From: Basidiobolus meristosporus CBS 931.73
Lineage: Eukaryota; Fungi; Basidiobolomycota
Direction: 5' to 3'
DNA: 64,000 nucleotides
Assembly (NCBI GenBank): GCA_002104905.1
Contig: MCFE01000033.1
Span: forward strand, 62,001-126,000
Notes under the pieces: generated by a model
What the model was told of the DNA's origin: nothing
The model's input: the letters and a program-made list of their open reading frames with translations, nothing else
Databases searched by the model: none
Shown here: positions 1 to 13,036 of the stretch, piece by piece
Layout: each line of letters opens with the position of its first letter
Numbering within the stretch: position 1 is the first letter of the stretch
Program-made: the position numbers and the translations under genes

Positions 1-162
1 CAGGATCTCCCCAACGCCATGACCGCCGCCGAGATCACCGACAAACTTGGCCTACATTCTCTCCGTCAGCGCCAGTGGTACATTCAATCCGCTTGTGCCA
101 CCAGCGGAGATGGTCTCTATGAAGGTCTTGAATGGTTGAGCAATAACCTTAAAGGCAAATAA
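1..162 (+). CDS. ARF1: ADP-ribosylation factor (ARF family GTPase), 3' end only
   Basis: Frame 1 reads [53 protein letters not shown], the typical class I/II ARF C-terminus; stop TAA at 160-162. 5' part lies outside the window. Confidence 0.9.
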   Translation, partial: QDLPNAMTAAEITDKLGLHSLRQRQWYIQSACATSGDGLYEGLEWLSNNLKGK

Positions 163-436
163 GTGAAACACCCAATTTCATCTAACAAGATTTTCGAGCC
201 ATTCGTTCGTCTTTTTGTACGTGAGTGAAGTTTATATGAAAATTGACATTTTGTTAGAATTTTTCTTTTAATTAAACCGACAATTATATCATAAACATTT
301 TCGCCGATTGTTCCTTTAGTGGAGGACTTGAAAATAATTGAAGAACTGTCGTAGACGAACTTAATCAAATCGACTGACAACTTCCATCAAAATTAACAGT
401 TGCTTAAAATATTTGAATTTAAGTCTGGATTTTAGA

Positions 437-836
437 TTTTTGTTTGTATTTGAAAATGTGAATGTATATTGGTACATACAATGTGGGTATATACACCGCA
501 TGGTTATTCCCAACCGTCAAGGTGACATAGTCACCTGGTCAAAAGACCTACGGAAAGACATAGAATATACGGTGCTCTCATTCCATCGTCGAACTCCACC
601 CCAAGGGGCTTCGCTCAAGACAACAGACGAGTTCTCTCAATGATGTGCCGGATAGAATTATACACCACAAGGGCGACGATTCGCGAAGGATTCGTCTGGG
701 TGCTTCGTAGTACCGATCGAAAGGGCAACTTGCAGAGCAAGCTCCACGATCCACATCAACTGAGGGTGGAAGTGGATCGCTCCGATGTATTTATATTCGC
801 CCCTCCAATCACCCGGACCACCGTAAAATTTGGGAT
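437..836. repeat. ~400-bp inverted duplication, partner at ~3783-4178
   Basis: Reverse complement of 437-836 aligns to 3783-4178; only 3 substitutions seen by eye in the ~300-nt core, more in the flanks. Confidence 0.95.
484..779 (-). ncRNA. Probable snR30/U17 (SNORA73)-family H/ACA snoRNA, copy 1
   Basis: On the minus strand: H box AGAGCA (573-578), m1-like ATATTCTA (561-568) and m2-like AACCAT (500-505) in an internal loop closed by CCGT/GCGG, then ATA/ACA-type tail boxes. Several hairpins in the 5' domain; TATAAATA at 788-795 upstream. Ends approximate. Confidence 0.7.
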
Positions 837-1011
837 ACAAAAAAAGGAAAAAAAAGAAAATTTTCTACCTTGGCAGCTTTCGTGGGCACCAAACAATCAA
901 GGAAACCAAGTATATATCAAGACTCACGAGCATATATTTTATTTGAATATTAAAACAAAGTAAATCTTTTATACATAAAATCTATGATGCTTCGAATTTC
1001 CTACTCCTCGG

Positions 1012-3581
1012 TCAAAGATCCAAATCAGAGCCGTCTCCCAGCCCAACCTCTTTTTCGAATTCGGACTGCTTCATCTTGCCCTTCTTCACCTTCTTGGCCA
1101 ATCTTTCTTCGCGTTGCAGACTTTCCCACTCGTCATCATCGTCCTCGTCGTCACTTGCATCGCGCTTCTTGCCTAGCTGTATGGCTGCCTCAATGGCCTT
1201 TTGGTTGAGATATTCTCGTTTTTTATCCTTCTTCAAGCGACGTTCAGCACGGCGGTCCTTGGCTTCTTGCTTGTCCGACCAAGCTTGCTTTTTCTTGGGT
1301 GCCCTGGGCTCACGTTCTGGACTGAAACAGAAGCCGGATTCATTCAATTAATCTGCCAGAACATGAAACGGCTTGACGAAGCTTACCGATTTTCACGCTC
1401 CTTCAATTTCAAAAGTCTCTGTTTCTCCTTGGCTTTGTCAAGATACTTGAGCTCATCAAGCTAAGGTAGCCAGGAAAGCGGGGTTAGATCGCGATGATTA
1501 GAGGGGAAAGCTGACCGGTACGTACATTAACATCGGGTGGAGAAAAGTCTACTTGACGATCTTTGAGCTCGGGCATTTTAGGGAGCTGTAGAATAAACAT
1601 ATGAGTACGCAGTTTGAGACATGCTAAGAACGGCCTCCCGCAACTAACCCTCAGCAAGCCATAGCCTCTAGCAGCCTTTCCAAAGTCGAAATCCTTGACA
1701 CGGAAGATATAAGTGGCCTCGTGTTTGGAGTAGGATCTTGCAAAGGAAACGAACGCTTTCATGCTCTTGAGAATAAAGGTCAATCATGTAATAGCTTCTG
1801 CGTTGAGGAAGTACATATTACTTTGTCATAGATATCCCTATCAGAGGCCACAATCTGCTGAACTTCCTCTAATATCTTGTCGTTTTCGGGATCTTCGAGA
1901 TCTTCGCTTGAGCCTGAAAGGGGGCTCAGATCTGATTGCAGATATGGGTATCTACGAAGGGGGATCTTTCGGATGTGGAGGAAGTCTTATTGGCGGTTAG
2001 CTTATAACCCTTGGTAGTAGAAGCAATAACGCTGATACTAACCTACATAGGTTTCTTCTCTGCCACAGTTCAAGAACACTATGGCGCGGCCTTCTCTGCC
2101 CGCACGAGCCGTTCTTCCGCAGCGATGTGCGAAGACTTTGGGATCTTGTGGTGGATCAAATTGCACCACAACATCAACATCAGGGATATCAAGTCCACGC
2201 GAGGCAACATCTGTGCATACCAAGATTGCTCCCTCGCCCTCAGGGATACCAACAAACGAGTTGTATGTTGCTATCAAGCGCTGTTGTATTAGAGATACGG
2301 CAGGGCGTCACACTTGTTGAAATGACATACCGTTTCTTCTTTTGGTTTCCATTTGACCATGAAGGGAAAAGATCTTGAATTCCGATAGAGCGGAGTGTTT
2401 GGAAAGTACCTATTGGAGGAGATGTTGATGAGCCGAGGCGACTTTCATTGGACTCTACGTCGGTCCACTCACTTTGAAGAAGTAATCAACACACGCGCAG
2501 GTGCTAAAGTAGACGATGTACTTCTTGTTGCTCTCGCTTTGTAATGTGCGAACAAGCTGTCCTAGTTTTTGGTCAGGATTGCAGACGATGAAGCCGTTTT
2601 CTAAACTGATGGAGGAATTCAGCCACTGTATGAACAAGTAATAGTAGTTGTTGCCTTGACTAACGTTGCGGGGGTTCTTTGTTCTTCGTGAGACTTGAGA
2701 TCTTCCACTTTGACGACAACACGCACCGGGTTACGAAGACCTGCTCTAACCAATTCCGATAGGGCGTCTGTCATAGTGGCTGAGAAAAGACCAGTACGTC
2801 TTTGCTTGGGTAAAGCACCAATGATGTTGGTCAGGGAGTTGGAGAAGCCCATATCTAAGAGTCTGGAAATAATGAAATTCGATGTTATTAGGGGTTGACC
2901 AAGTTCGAACCCTGTAAAGAGTACCTATCAGCTTCATCCAGCACCAGAACTTCCAGTTCTTTGGTATTAATCAACTTTGCTCCTCCTCTTCCGGTCAACA
3001 AATCCTCAAGTCTTCCAGGGGTTCCAATCAAAATATCTGGTCCTTCTTCCTTGAAATGTTTGATGTCATCGGCAATAGTTGCCTCACCACCGATGTATAA
3101 GGCATGCTTAAGGTGTTGGAAGGAGCCCTTTAAAAATATGTCCATGACTTCATAAATTTGCTTGGCAAGCTCTCTCGTGGGAGTGACAATGACTGCGCCA
3201 ATCTGGTTTTTTGCCAAGGGGTCCTCTCTTCTAAGTAAAATCTGCAACACTGGAATAACAAACGCGAGTGTCTTGCCGGAACCTGTTACGGCCTAAGACA
3301 TCGAAGCGAGGTATTAGTATATAGCGAAAAGCTGGTCGCTGCCGTGATGGGAAGTGGCGAACCTCAACGACTACGTCCTTGTTTTTTAAGAATAACGGGA
3401 TCGTCGCTGCTTGAACCGGGGTCATGTTGGTGAAGCCCAAATTCTGAACCGTCTCTAAACTAGAAAAACCAAATCTCAACGACAGTTCTATGTAGAGACG
3501 CCTTTATATTACTGACATTTCCGGTCTAAGTTCGACTTGGGTGTTACCCCAAGTACCAGCATATGAGGGTACAGCTGACAT
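1012..3581 (-). CDS. SPB4: ATP-dependent rRNA helicase Spb4/DDX55 (DEAD-box), multi-exon
   Basis: ATG at 3581 ([11 protein letters not shown]...), Q motif [63 protein letters not shown]4217-like [19 protein letters not shown]-rich tail; TGA at 1012-1014. Confidence 0.95.
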
Positions 3582-3823
3582 TAGAAGTTGATGAACAATA
3601 CAACGTAGTCACAACTAGAAGCTAGGTAGAATATAGGAAATCGACTATCGCTCTTCATTATTCTTTTTTTTTCGAGATTCATGTCTACAGCGGTCAAAAA
3701 AATTCCAATGTGACCGGTGTAGTGATGTTTTACATGTAATGGATATTCTTAAAAAATGTGGGGACAAAATATTTCTTTTCTAATCCCAAATTTTGTGGTG
3801 GTCCGGATGATTGGAGGGGCGAA

Positions 3824-3831
3824 TATAAATA
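3824..3831 (+). promoter_or_regulatory. TATA box of snoRNA copy 2 (equivalent at 788-795 on minus for copy 1)
   Basis: TATAAATA conserved in both duplicated copies, immediately upstream of the first hairpin. Confidence 0.5.
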
Positions 3832-3839
3832 CATCGGAG

Positions 3840-4137
3840 CGATCCACTTCCTCCCTCAGTTGATGTGGATCGTGGAGCTTGCTCTGCAAGTTGCCCTTTC
3901 AATCGGTACTACGAAGCACCCAGACGAATCCTTCGCGAATCGTCGCCCTTGTGGTGTATAATTCTATCCGGCACATCATTGAGAGAACTCGTCTGTTGTC
4001 TTGAGCGAAACCCCTTGGGGTGGAGTTCGACGATGGAATGAGAGCACCGTATATTCTATGTCTTTCCGTAGGTCTTTTGACCAGGTGACTATGTCACCTT
4101 GACGGTTGGGAATAACCATGCGGTGTATATACCCACA
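3840..4137 (+). ncRNA. Probable snR30/U17 (SNORA73)-family H/ACA snoRNA, copy 2
   Basis: H box AGAGCA 4041-4046, m1-like ATATTCTA 4051-4058, m2-like AACCAT 4114-4119, lower stem CCGT/GCGG, upper stems GGTC/GACC and GGTGAC/GTCACC, ATA 4127-4129 or ACA 4135-4137. Same layout as the U17 3' hairpin (canonical m1 AUAUUCCUA, m2 AAACCAU). Confidence 0.7.
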
Positions 4138-4479
4138 TTGTATGTACCAATATACATTCACATCTTCAAATACAAACAACAACCAAAATGAAATTCCAAA
4201 CCGAAGTTCAAGTATAATCAAAGCTAACTGGCTGTATATATAATTTCGATGGCCTTTTTTTTTCATATGACTACGCCATCTTGACAGTTGAGAATTACTA
4301 TGCGGTGTTTAAACCAATATACATACTACAATATCAACGGCCACTTAATGCTTGAAATTCGTCACAGTTTAAGATCAACCCGTGAGTAACAACGAAATGT
4401 AAGGTGGCTTAGCTAGTGCATATGATGTACGAAACTTATTTAAACCCGCTGTATTGGTGTTACTAATCATACCAACATC

Positions 4480-5588
4480 ATGAATCACAAATTTCGGTTG
4501 TTCCTACTTCTGCTTCTCTTCACAAATTCGGTTTTGGGTGATGTTGCTCTGGCGGACTGTGAAGTCGTTTACCATAACAGAGTGTATGACTTGAGTAAAC
4601 TTCGCCCTTCATCCAAGTACATGCAATCCGTCGAAAAGCATCGAATTCTTCTTTTCTAATCACATTCCTAACAGGAAAGGTTGGGAGGTGGCTGGGGTTG
4701 AGGAGAATCATAGGTTTTGGGTGAATATATGTGATAGCTTTCACTCGGAACATCGGAGCTCAGTTGGCGCAGTTCTTCAAGGAACGTCGATGAACATCTC
4801 ACTAGGGTTAGGTCACTAAACCGATACTACCCCTGATACTGTCCCGTCTAACTTCTTACTTCAGAATGGTTAGCAAGAAGCCCTATATCAATAGTAAGAA
4901 TGCACTGTTGTTTCCGCTGACGACAAAAGTTCATTTGTTTCAACTAGACGATCGTATTATGCTGCGTTATGAGAATGGTGACGAGTGCCCAAGCAGTACA
5001 CGACTACGCTCAACCCTCTTGGTATTTCAATGTGACCCCTGGGCGCGTTCAGATCATGTAATGGAATGCAAAAATGCTTCTGTTTTATGCCATCGAACTT
5101 ATTTAGCATACTGCCTTTCTAGGCAACCATTAGCTTTATCGCTGATTGGCACCATTGTGGCTTTTGGTTTATGGTACACACGCCGATGGTTTGCACTGGG
5201 GTTTGGAGATGGGATTCGTTGCACATATGCCTCCTGTATGTGGTAGCCAGTGTATTCAAAGACAACATACTCAATTCTTTTCGTAGGATTTTTGGCGCCT
5301 TGGGAGGGTACTTAGCCCTGGGTGCGCTATACAACTTTTGCGTGCTTAAAGCTAGAGGCGTGAATGTCTTGCCGCAACTCCGGATTTGGAAGAGATGTTT
5401 CCGTTTTAGCAAGGTAAGTCTCTAGGCAAATGGTTTGCACATGTATTGGTAATCACCAAAGGAATTAGGTTGCTCTCGCCTCTGTGATGGGGCTGTTGCT
5501 CTGTAGGTTTCGGAGAAAGTCTAAAATTGATTATCACATGTTGGAGGACTCCACTGATTTATTGATTGACGAGGATTATGATCATTAA
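4480..5588 (+). CDS. Mannose-6-phosphate-receptor-domain membrane protein (MRL1-like), multi-exon
   Basis: Spliced reading: signal peptide MNHKFRLFLLLLLFTNSVLG, DCEVVYHNRVYDLSKL, FWVNICD, LRYENGDECP...TLLVFQCDP (MRH fold), TM GGYLALGALYN...RGVNVLPQ, tail with YHML and DSTDLL sorting-type motifs; TAA 5586-5588. Confidence 0.8.
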
Positions 5589-5776
5589 ACATTAGCGCCC
5601 AGTTGTTGGAGGTGACATCGGGTAAATTACGTGGCGTCTAACACGGCGTTTATATATAAGTCACGCTCAAGATGATATCACTCTGAATACGTAAATCATC
5701 GATTAGTGTGAGGAACTGATATTGGCTTAGCCGGCATGGTTAATTCAGAAAACTTAAACTAGTTACTGCCACTACA

Positions 5777-5992
5777 CTACTCAGGCCCCGTTTTTCCATC
5801 CTGGTGAGATGATTCGGGATCATGGCTACCAAACCCAGCAAACTGCTTGATGGCGTCCAAATGTGGATGTTCGTGCTTCTCGGTGGATTCGACCTCGGTC
5901 TTGGCACCAGCTGGAGAAGCAGTATCCTTCTCTTTATGGTAGCCTGCCTGGTTGATCAATGGTTGCGATTTCTGAGTATTGCCTTTCTCCAT
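5777..5992 (-). CDS. Small hydrophilic protein (71 aa), unknown function
   Basis: Intronless ORF rich in G/E/K/H/T with a TATAAAA about 40 bp upstream on the same strand (6030-6037). No recognised domain. Confidence 0.5.
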   Translation of the reverse strand: MEKGNTQKSQPLINQAGYHKEKDTASPAGAKTEVESTEKHEHPHLDAIKQFAGFGSHDPESSHQDGKTGPE

Positions 5993-6627
5993 GTGTGTAA
6001 ATACAAACAGAGCCCAGCATTCCCCGACCTTTTTATATGTTTTCCTGGGGAAGTACGTAGACTTCAGCCACCAACCCTGACGTAATAGAATATAACGTCA
6101 GTCATCTTGTAAGCCAAGCGTAGAAATGATATATCAATTTGCTATTCGCCAGTCAGGATTCACACACGTATTCTTATCAAGGAGCAGAGAGTTAGACAAG
6201 TAGGATCCTTATCCAGGAGCCAAGGAGCCAGAGTATCGTATCCTTATCATCACACCATAACTCGAAAGCCCCTCTCAATATGGATCACAAATCTATTTTC
6301 CTTCTTTGATTGACTTTAAAGGAAATAGGGCATCCCTACTATTGGCAGAATTTTGGAGCTAGCATTTGTTTGTTTACAGTAAGGGCTGTTGTTTTGGTAG
6401 CCCAGAATTTATCCATGTTGTTAGTTTATATGTGACCATTCAAAACTGCAATAAGCATTTAGCGTGCCATGAAACTAGTTTGGTATTTATTGTTTCCACA
6501 GATATAAGCTGAGAAATCTTAGCGGCATCGCCGGGCCTATTTTGTTTAGTATTCAGGCGTCTCGTTTTTTTTCTCACTTGACAGTTACGGCTCAGCGGTC
6601 TCTTTCACCTGACTTGAAGCATCAACA

Positions 6628-8976
<2,349 letters not shown>

Positions 8977-9195
8977 CAGCCCCAGTGAACGTACAGGGAG
9001 ATAAGCTCTCACATCGACCGTATTCACGGCATACTTGTACTATTAGAGTTTTATATGTAGCATCTCAAGATGTGTTATGTTGTAATTTAGTATGTGTAAT
9101 CTCCATTCCACAAAATAAATAGGTGTTGCGTGGTATCCGGGATGCTCATTGTATTTATCCATATCTATACATACATATATACCTATACATATTGT

Positions 9196-10224
9196 CTAAA
9201 GTTCTTTTATCAGCTCAGCTTTCTCAATGAAGTCCTCTGTGTTCTCCTCTCTGGTGTTGGAGATGAATGTGATCTCCACATCCTTGTGATAGCTCACTTT
9301 CGTTTTGGAGTGCTCCCTACGTTTGCCTCTGGTTGCTTTCCAGATCACGTAGATGGCAGGGTCAAAAAGGAACACGGCTGCGTTGAGTATCCCTTGGGAG
9401 CTGGTGGCCGAAAGCCCGATGATTCTTAGTGGGAACGGATATTCGATCCCGAAGAATTCCGACGACAAGAATACGATCTTGGATGTGTGGGTAAGGATGG
9501 GCACTATTGGGTACAACACGATTCTACGAACCGCCATGTTGACCATGCGTTTGACTGCTGGGTTACACTCGTGGGAAACCTGTGGGAAGTGGTTGGTATG
9601 GCGAAACAGCTTGATCACCGTTAGAAGTGACACAGTGGACAGATAGATACACCCCAGGATGATCCAGATATGCTGGGCCGCCCATTCCCAGAACAAAGTA
9701 GACCCACTATCCAGGTCGATAAACCAGCATGAGCTAGGCCTGGCGGGGTCGTACCCTAGTTTGTGATGCATCGTAGGACCAAGTGAAATCACGGTGGCGC
9801 AGATGAATGACCCACATACAAGGAGGTTTTCAAAATGGCGGATCTTTTCGGTGCCATGAAGGAAAACCACCTGAAGGTTCAGCGCGACGATGATGTTGAG
9901 AAAGATGTAAAGTAGATCGGTCCAGAGCGCACCCCAGGCCACAAAGGTGCAGAAGCTGGTAGGCCCGGCGCTGACATAACTCAGGATTAGGAAGATGGCA
10001 TAGAAGAGGTCCACCCAGGAGATGAGAAAGGCGATCCGAAACGACACCCGGTCAGCATATTTACTATTATACGAGTATATGGCCGTGATAAGTACAATGA
10101 TGAGCAATGATGTGGATGCAGATAAGCAATTCAGCAGGATAGTGATGTCTTTTAGGAGGGTTTCCTTCTTGAACGAGAGCGAGACCATGGGATCGAGATC
10201 CTTCGGCTCTGTATTTATATTCAT
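9196..10224 (-). CDS. 7-TM GPCR-like protein (cAMP-receptor/Git3-like), intronless
   Basis: About seven hydrophobic segments, DRVSFRIAF after TM1, C in ECL1 (SFCTF), SSCWF in ECL2, RRIVLYPIVPIL in TM6, SSQGILNAAVFLFDP in TM7. Likely start M at 10224 (upstream in-frame alternative 10302). Confidence 0.8.
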   Translation of the reverse strand: MNINTEPKDLDPMVSLSFKKETLLKDITILLNCLSASTSLLIIVLITAIYSYNSKYADRVSFRIAFLISWVDLFYAIFLILSYVSAGPTSFCTFVAWGALWTDLLYIFLNIIVALNLQVVFLHGTEKIRHFENLLVCGSFICATVISLGPTMHHKLGYDPARPSSCWFIDLDSGSTLFWEWAAQHIWIILGCIYLSTVSLLTVIKLFRHTNHFPQVSHECNPAVKRMVNMAVRRIVLYPIVPILTHTSKIVFLSSEFFGIEYPFPLRIIGLSATSSQGILNAAVFLFDPAIYVIWKATRGKRREHSKTKVSYHKDVEITFISNTREENTEDFIEKAELIKEL

Positions 10225-10459
10225 CAGGATTGTTAAGTGAATGCGAGTAAATGCTCGTCCTATTGTCATGGATGCTACTTGGAGATGTGTTGCTCTGCGC
10301 ATGCAGTAAAAGGTTATTCACGATTTGGGTTTTCCGCACCATATTTGAAACTGTCTATCCTAACTCTACATATGCATATACAGAATGCCACAAAAGATCC
10401 AGCGCACATCGGTTCAAGGGTTTGTATTCATGGACAATGTTCGAGATTTGGAGAAAGAC

Positions 10460-11768
10460 TCATGCTGATGGACTTTGGATGTAACTCATAAACAATGGGA
10501 TGCCTCGGTTGGTGCTGATGATGAAATAAAACGGCCTGTTGCATTCGAAATGAAACGGGCGTCCTAGAATCATTGCTGACCTGGTGAGGATAACTGCGGT
10601 GGCGGCACTAGCCTTGGAGCCCGACTACGGTGATTTATCAAAGTATGAGTCTTGGTGAATGGGCGAAAGGTTGATCCAATCCACTTACCTCGTCCACCTC
10701 TATTCTGCACTTGTGCAGAATGCTATCTACAGCCAAGGATCCATCAGTCAGCTCCCCCAGATTGGCTTCCCTGGCGTCGAACACTCTCCTGATACCCGCA
10801 TCCTTTAATGCCTGGCTGAGATCTACCTGGCTCTCCAAATCAAACTTCGGCAAAATCACTGTTCCACGGGCTTTCATCTTTCTCTCCAAAAAGACGTGCT
10901 TCCATTCCTCTGGGTTCATCATGGTACTTGCCTTCTGGAAATCAACTGCCTCTTTGGGAAGTACAATGGTGGCCAGAAAGCGGTAATCCTTGTAGGGCAT
11001 ATGCAACACCTGGTAGGACTCTCTTTCTGCATACTCCCATGTTTTCCCCTCAATGGTCATCATGCTAGCATCTAGCTGCTTTCCCAGAGGTGTGGAAAAG
11101 GGTGCGCTCTTCGTATCATCCGGACCAAATGGGTGAAGCCAGCGGCCATGGAAGTAAACAGAGTTGATAAGCATGATCACCGTATTCGAGAAGCTTTGCT
11201 CAGGGCTGAAAAATTCCTTTAGGTGCCCTTTGGTTTTCTTCTCTATCCAAGCGTTCACCCTTCTACCATCCTCGGGGGGTGGAAAGGCTTCGGCGGAAAA
11301 CAGGGCACTCACTTTTTCGAGGTACGATTGGTGGATCCCCTCTCCCCAGATTGAGTTCGCCACCTCGAGGTCGGCGAGCCTATCGCTCGGAATCTCCACG
11401 CTTCCGTCTCTGTTCAATAGCTCATTCAGGAGGTCTTGTGCAGCGTTGTTGACGAGATCGAGGCACTCGGCAGAGTTATTTACGAGGGAAGGGAGTTTGA
11501 AAGCATCTAGGATCTCCTCTCGGCTTTGGGTCTCTTTTGAAGTGCCATTGACTAGCAGTAGTAAGGCGAAGGTTACCGAAGCCGGGGAAAACAAGACGTT
11601 CTGATCTTTTGTCTGGAGCAAAGAGAGGGACAGGCTTTCGGATATACTCCGTATAGCGCTGTACAGCAACTCCTCGTGCTTCTCTAGTTCGATGAAGGTG
11701 GGGTCGTGTTCGCCTTGAAACATTCCGTTGATTTTGTAAGCTGTGAGAGACGCAAATCGGATGGGCAA
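10460..11768 (-). CDS. Serpin (serine protease inhibitor family), 2 exons
   Basis: NVLFSPASV, VANSIW, VNAWIEKKTKG, LINSVYFHGRWLHPF, LPKF; intron 10625-10688 (GTAAGT...TAG) joins VDE to hinge/RCL SGSKASAATAVILTRSAM and serpin signature FECNRPFYFII; TGA at 10460-10462. Start could be 11768 or 11723. Confidence 0.92.
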
Positions 11769-13036
11769 ATATTAAATAGAGTTGGTGACGTTTCCTAATC
11801 CTTCCCATGATTGGAGGAAAACAAGGGCATTTACTTTAACAGTCATATTAAGGATACTCCCTCCCCTCTAGTGTCGCTCGAGTTGAAATCTGGGTCAATC
11901 TTTCCGATGAAGATTCCTCATCGGTCTGGCGTGACAAGCGCAATACTTTTTAATAAGTGATACCTGTGTCTTTCCAAGTCTCCCCCACAAGATCGCACCG
12001 AACTATGGCAGATGCGCGTTACAGTGGTACAGCGCATGTAGGCAAAGCCCACATGTTTCTGCACGTTTGGGAGGTCTCCTTAGTTTGACCAGATAAAACC
12101 TTGATTTATCAATGTCTGAAACCACAAATAGCTAAATGCCATTAGAGGACAACCGAAAAGTCCTCTTACGCTTCCTGTAGAGATTCAGGAATGATACAAC
12201 GTACAGTATTGCAATGGCTCATCGACCAAGCCACTATGCTAAAACACTAACCGGCTTAGGGAGTCGTAGTGGGGTAGCACCAATTGCTTTAATGACCACA
12301 CTATGCCAGACTAAGGCTCGCTACCAACCATCAGCGAGGCGATGCCTTCCCAGAATGAGTTGAGCACCGGCAACGATGACGCGACAGAGCCAAACCGGAC
12401 GGGATATATAGAAAATCCAGCCTTTATAGGCCAAAACGCATGTGACAACCTCCACATCCTACCACATGGGCTGTATGTTGCCAGAGGCGAGGAAACCATT
12501 GTCCCTCCTGGATTTAGGGGGCCGATTGCGTGGGAGGGAATTCATCAGAAAACTTCCTTGGGAAGCAATGTCGGCTTTTTGTGAATTGGGCATTTGTTGG
12601 GCTGCATTACAGAGATAATGTACCGACGATCGGGCCATTATTATTTGTGCTCCTAATCTCCCTTTGATCGAGAAATCACCATGTATTGTGTTTGGCCCTT
12701 GGGGCCAATCACGGGCCTCTGCCCTTGACTAAATTAGTGGGACCACGATGTGGACGGCGAAGGTGTGCGTGAACTGCCATTCTTCTTGGTAAATCCGCTG
12801 GATTGAGAGATCGAACGCTGGATCTTGGATCTCGTGTTTCCTTGATGTGTGGCTTGCCTATATTAATTATATACTGAGAATGATTTCGGTAAAATCCCAC
12901 TGTGCTTGAGGTTGTGCTTTTGGTGTCCCCCTGGCTCAAATATTTAACTTGGGGGTGACCCATTTCTTGAAGCCACGACTTGTTCTCTGCGACAGAATCC
13001 AAAGAATTGTCGCTCCTACCTCTATCGCTCAACGAA

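Noticed and set aside
640-963. ORFs 413-643, 640-963, 658-840, 3758-3961 and 3976-4266 appearing as duplicated small proteins
   Set aside because: They overlap in several frames on both strands, diverge immediately outside the DNA repeat and have no domain; explained by the duplicated structured RNA.
437-4178. Composite transposon carrying SPB4 between inverted repeats
   Set aside because: No transposase, no TSD and no defined termini; the repeats have snoRNA features.
11848-11857. GTATCCTT U12-type donor-like sites upstream of the serpin (minus) and at 6238-6245 (plus)
   Set aside because: No U12 branch point (TCCTTAAC) near a suitable acceptor and no upstream coding exon.
11820-12980. Short ORFs between serpin and the nucleotidyltransferase (12311-12499, 12342-12584, 12709-13056)
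   Set aside because: No recognisable domain or consistent splice structure; likely promoter/UTR sequence.
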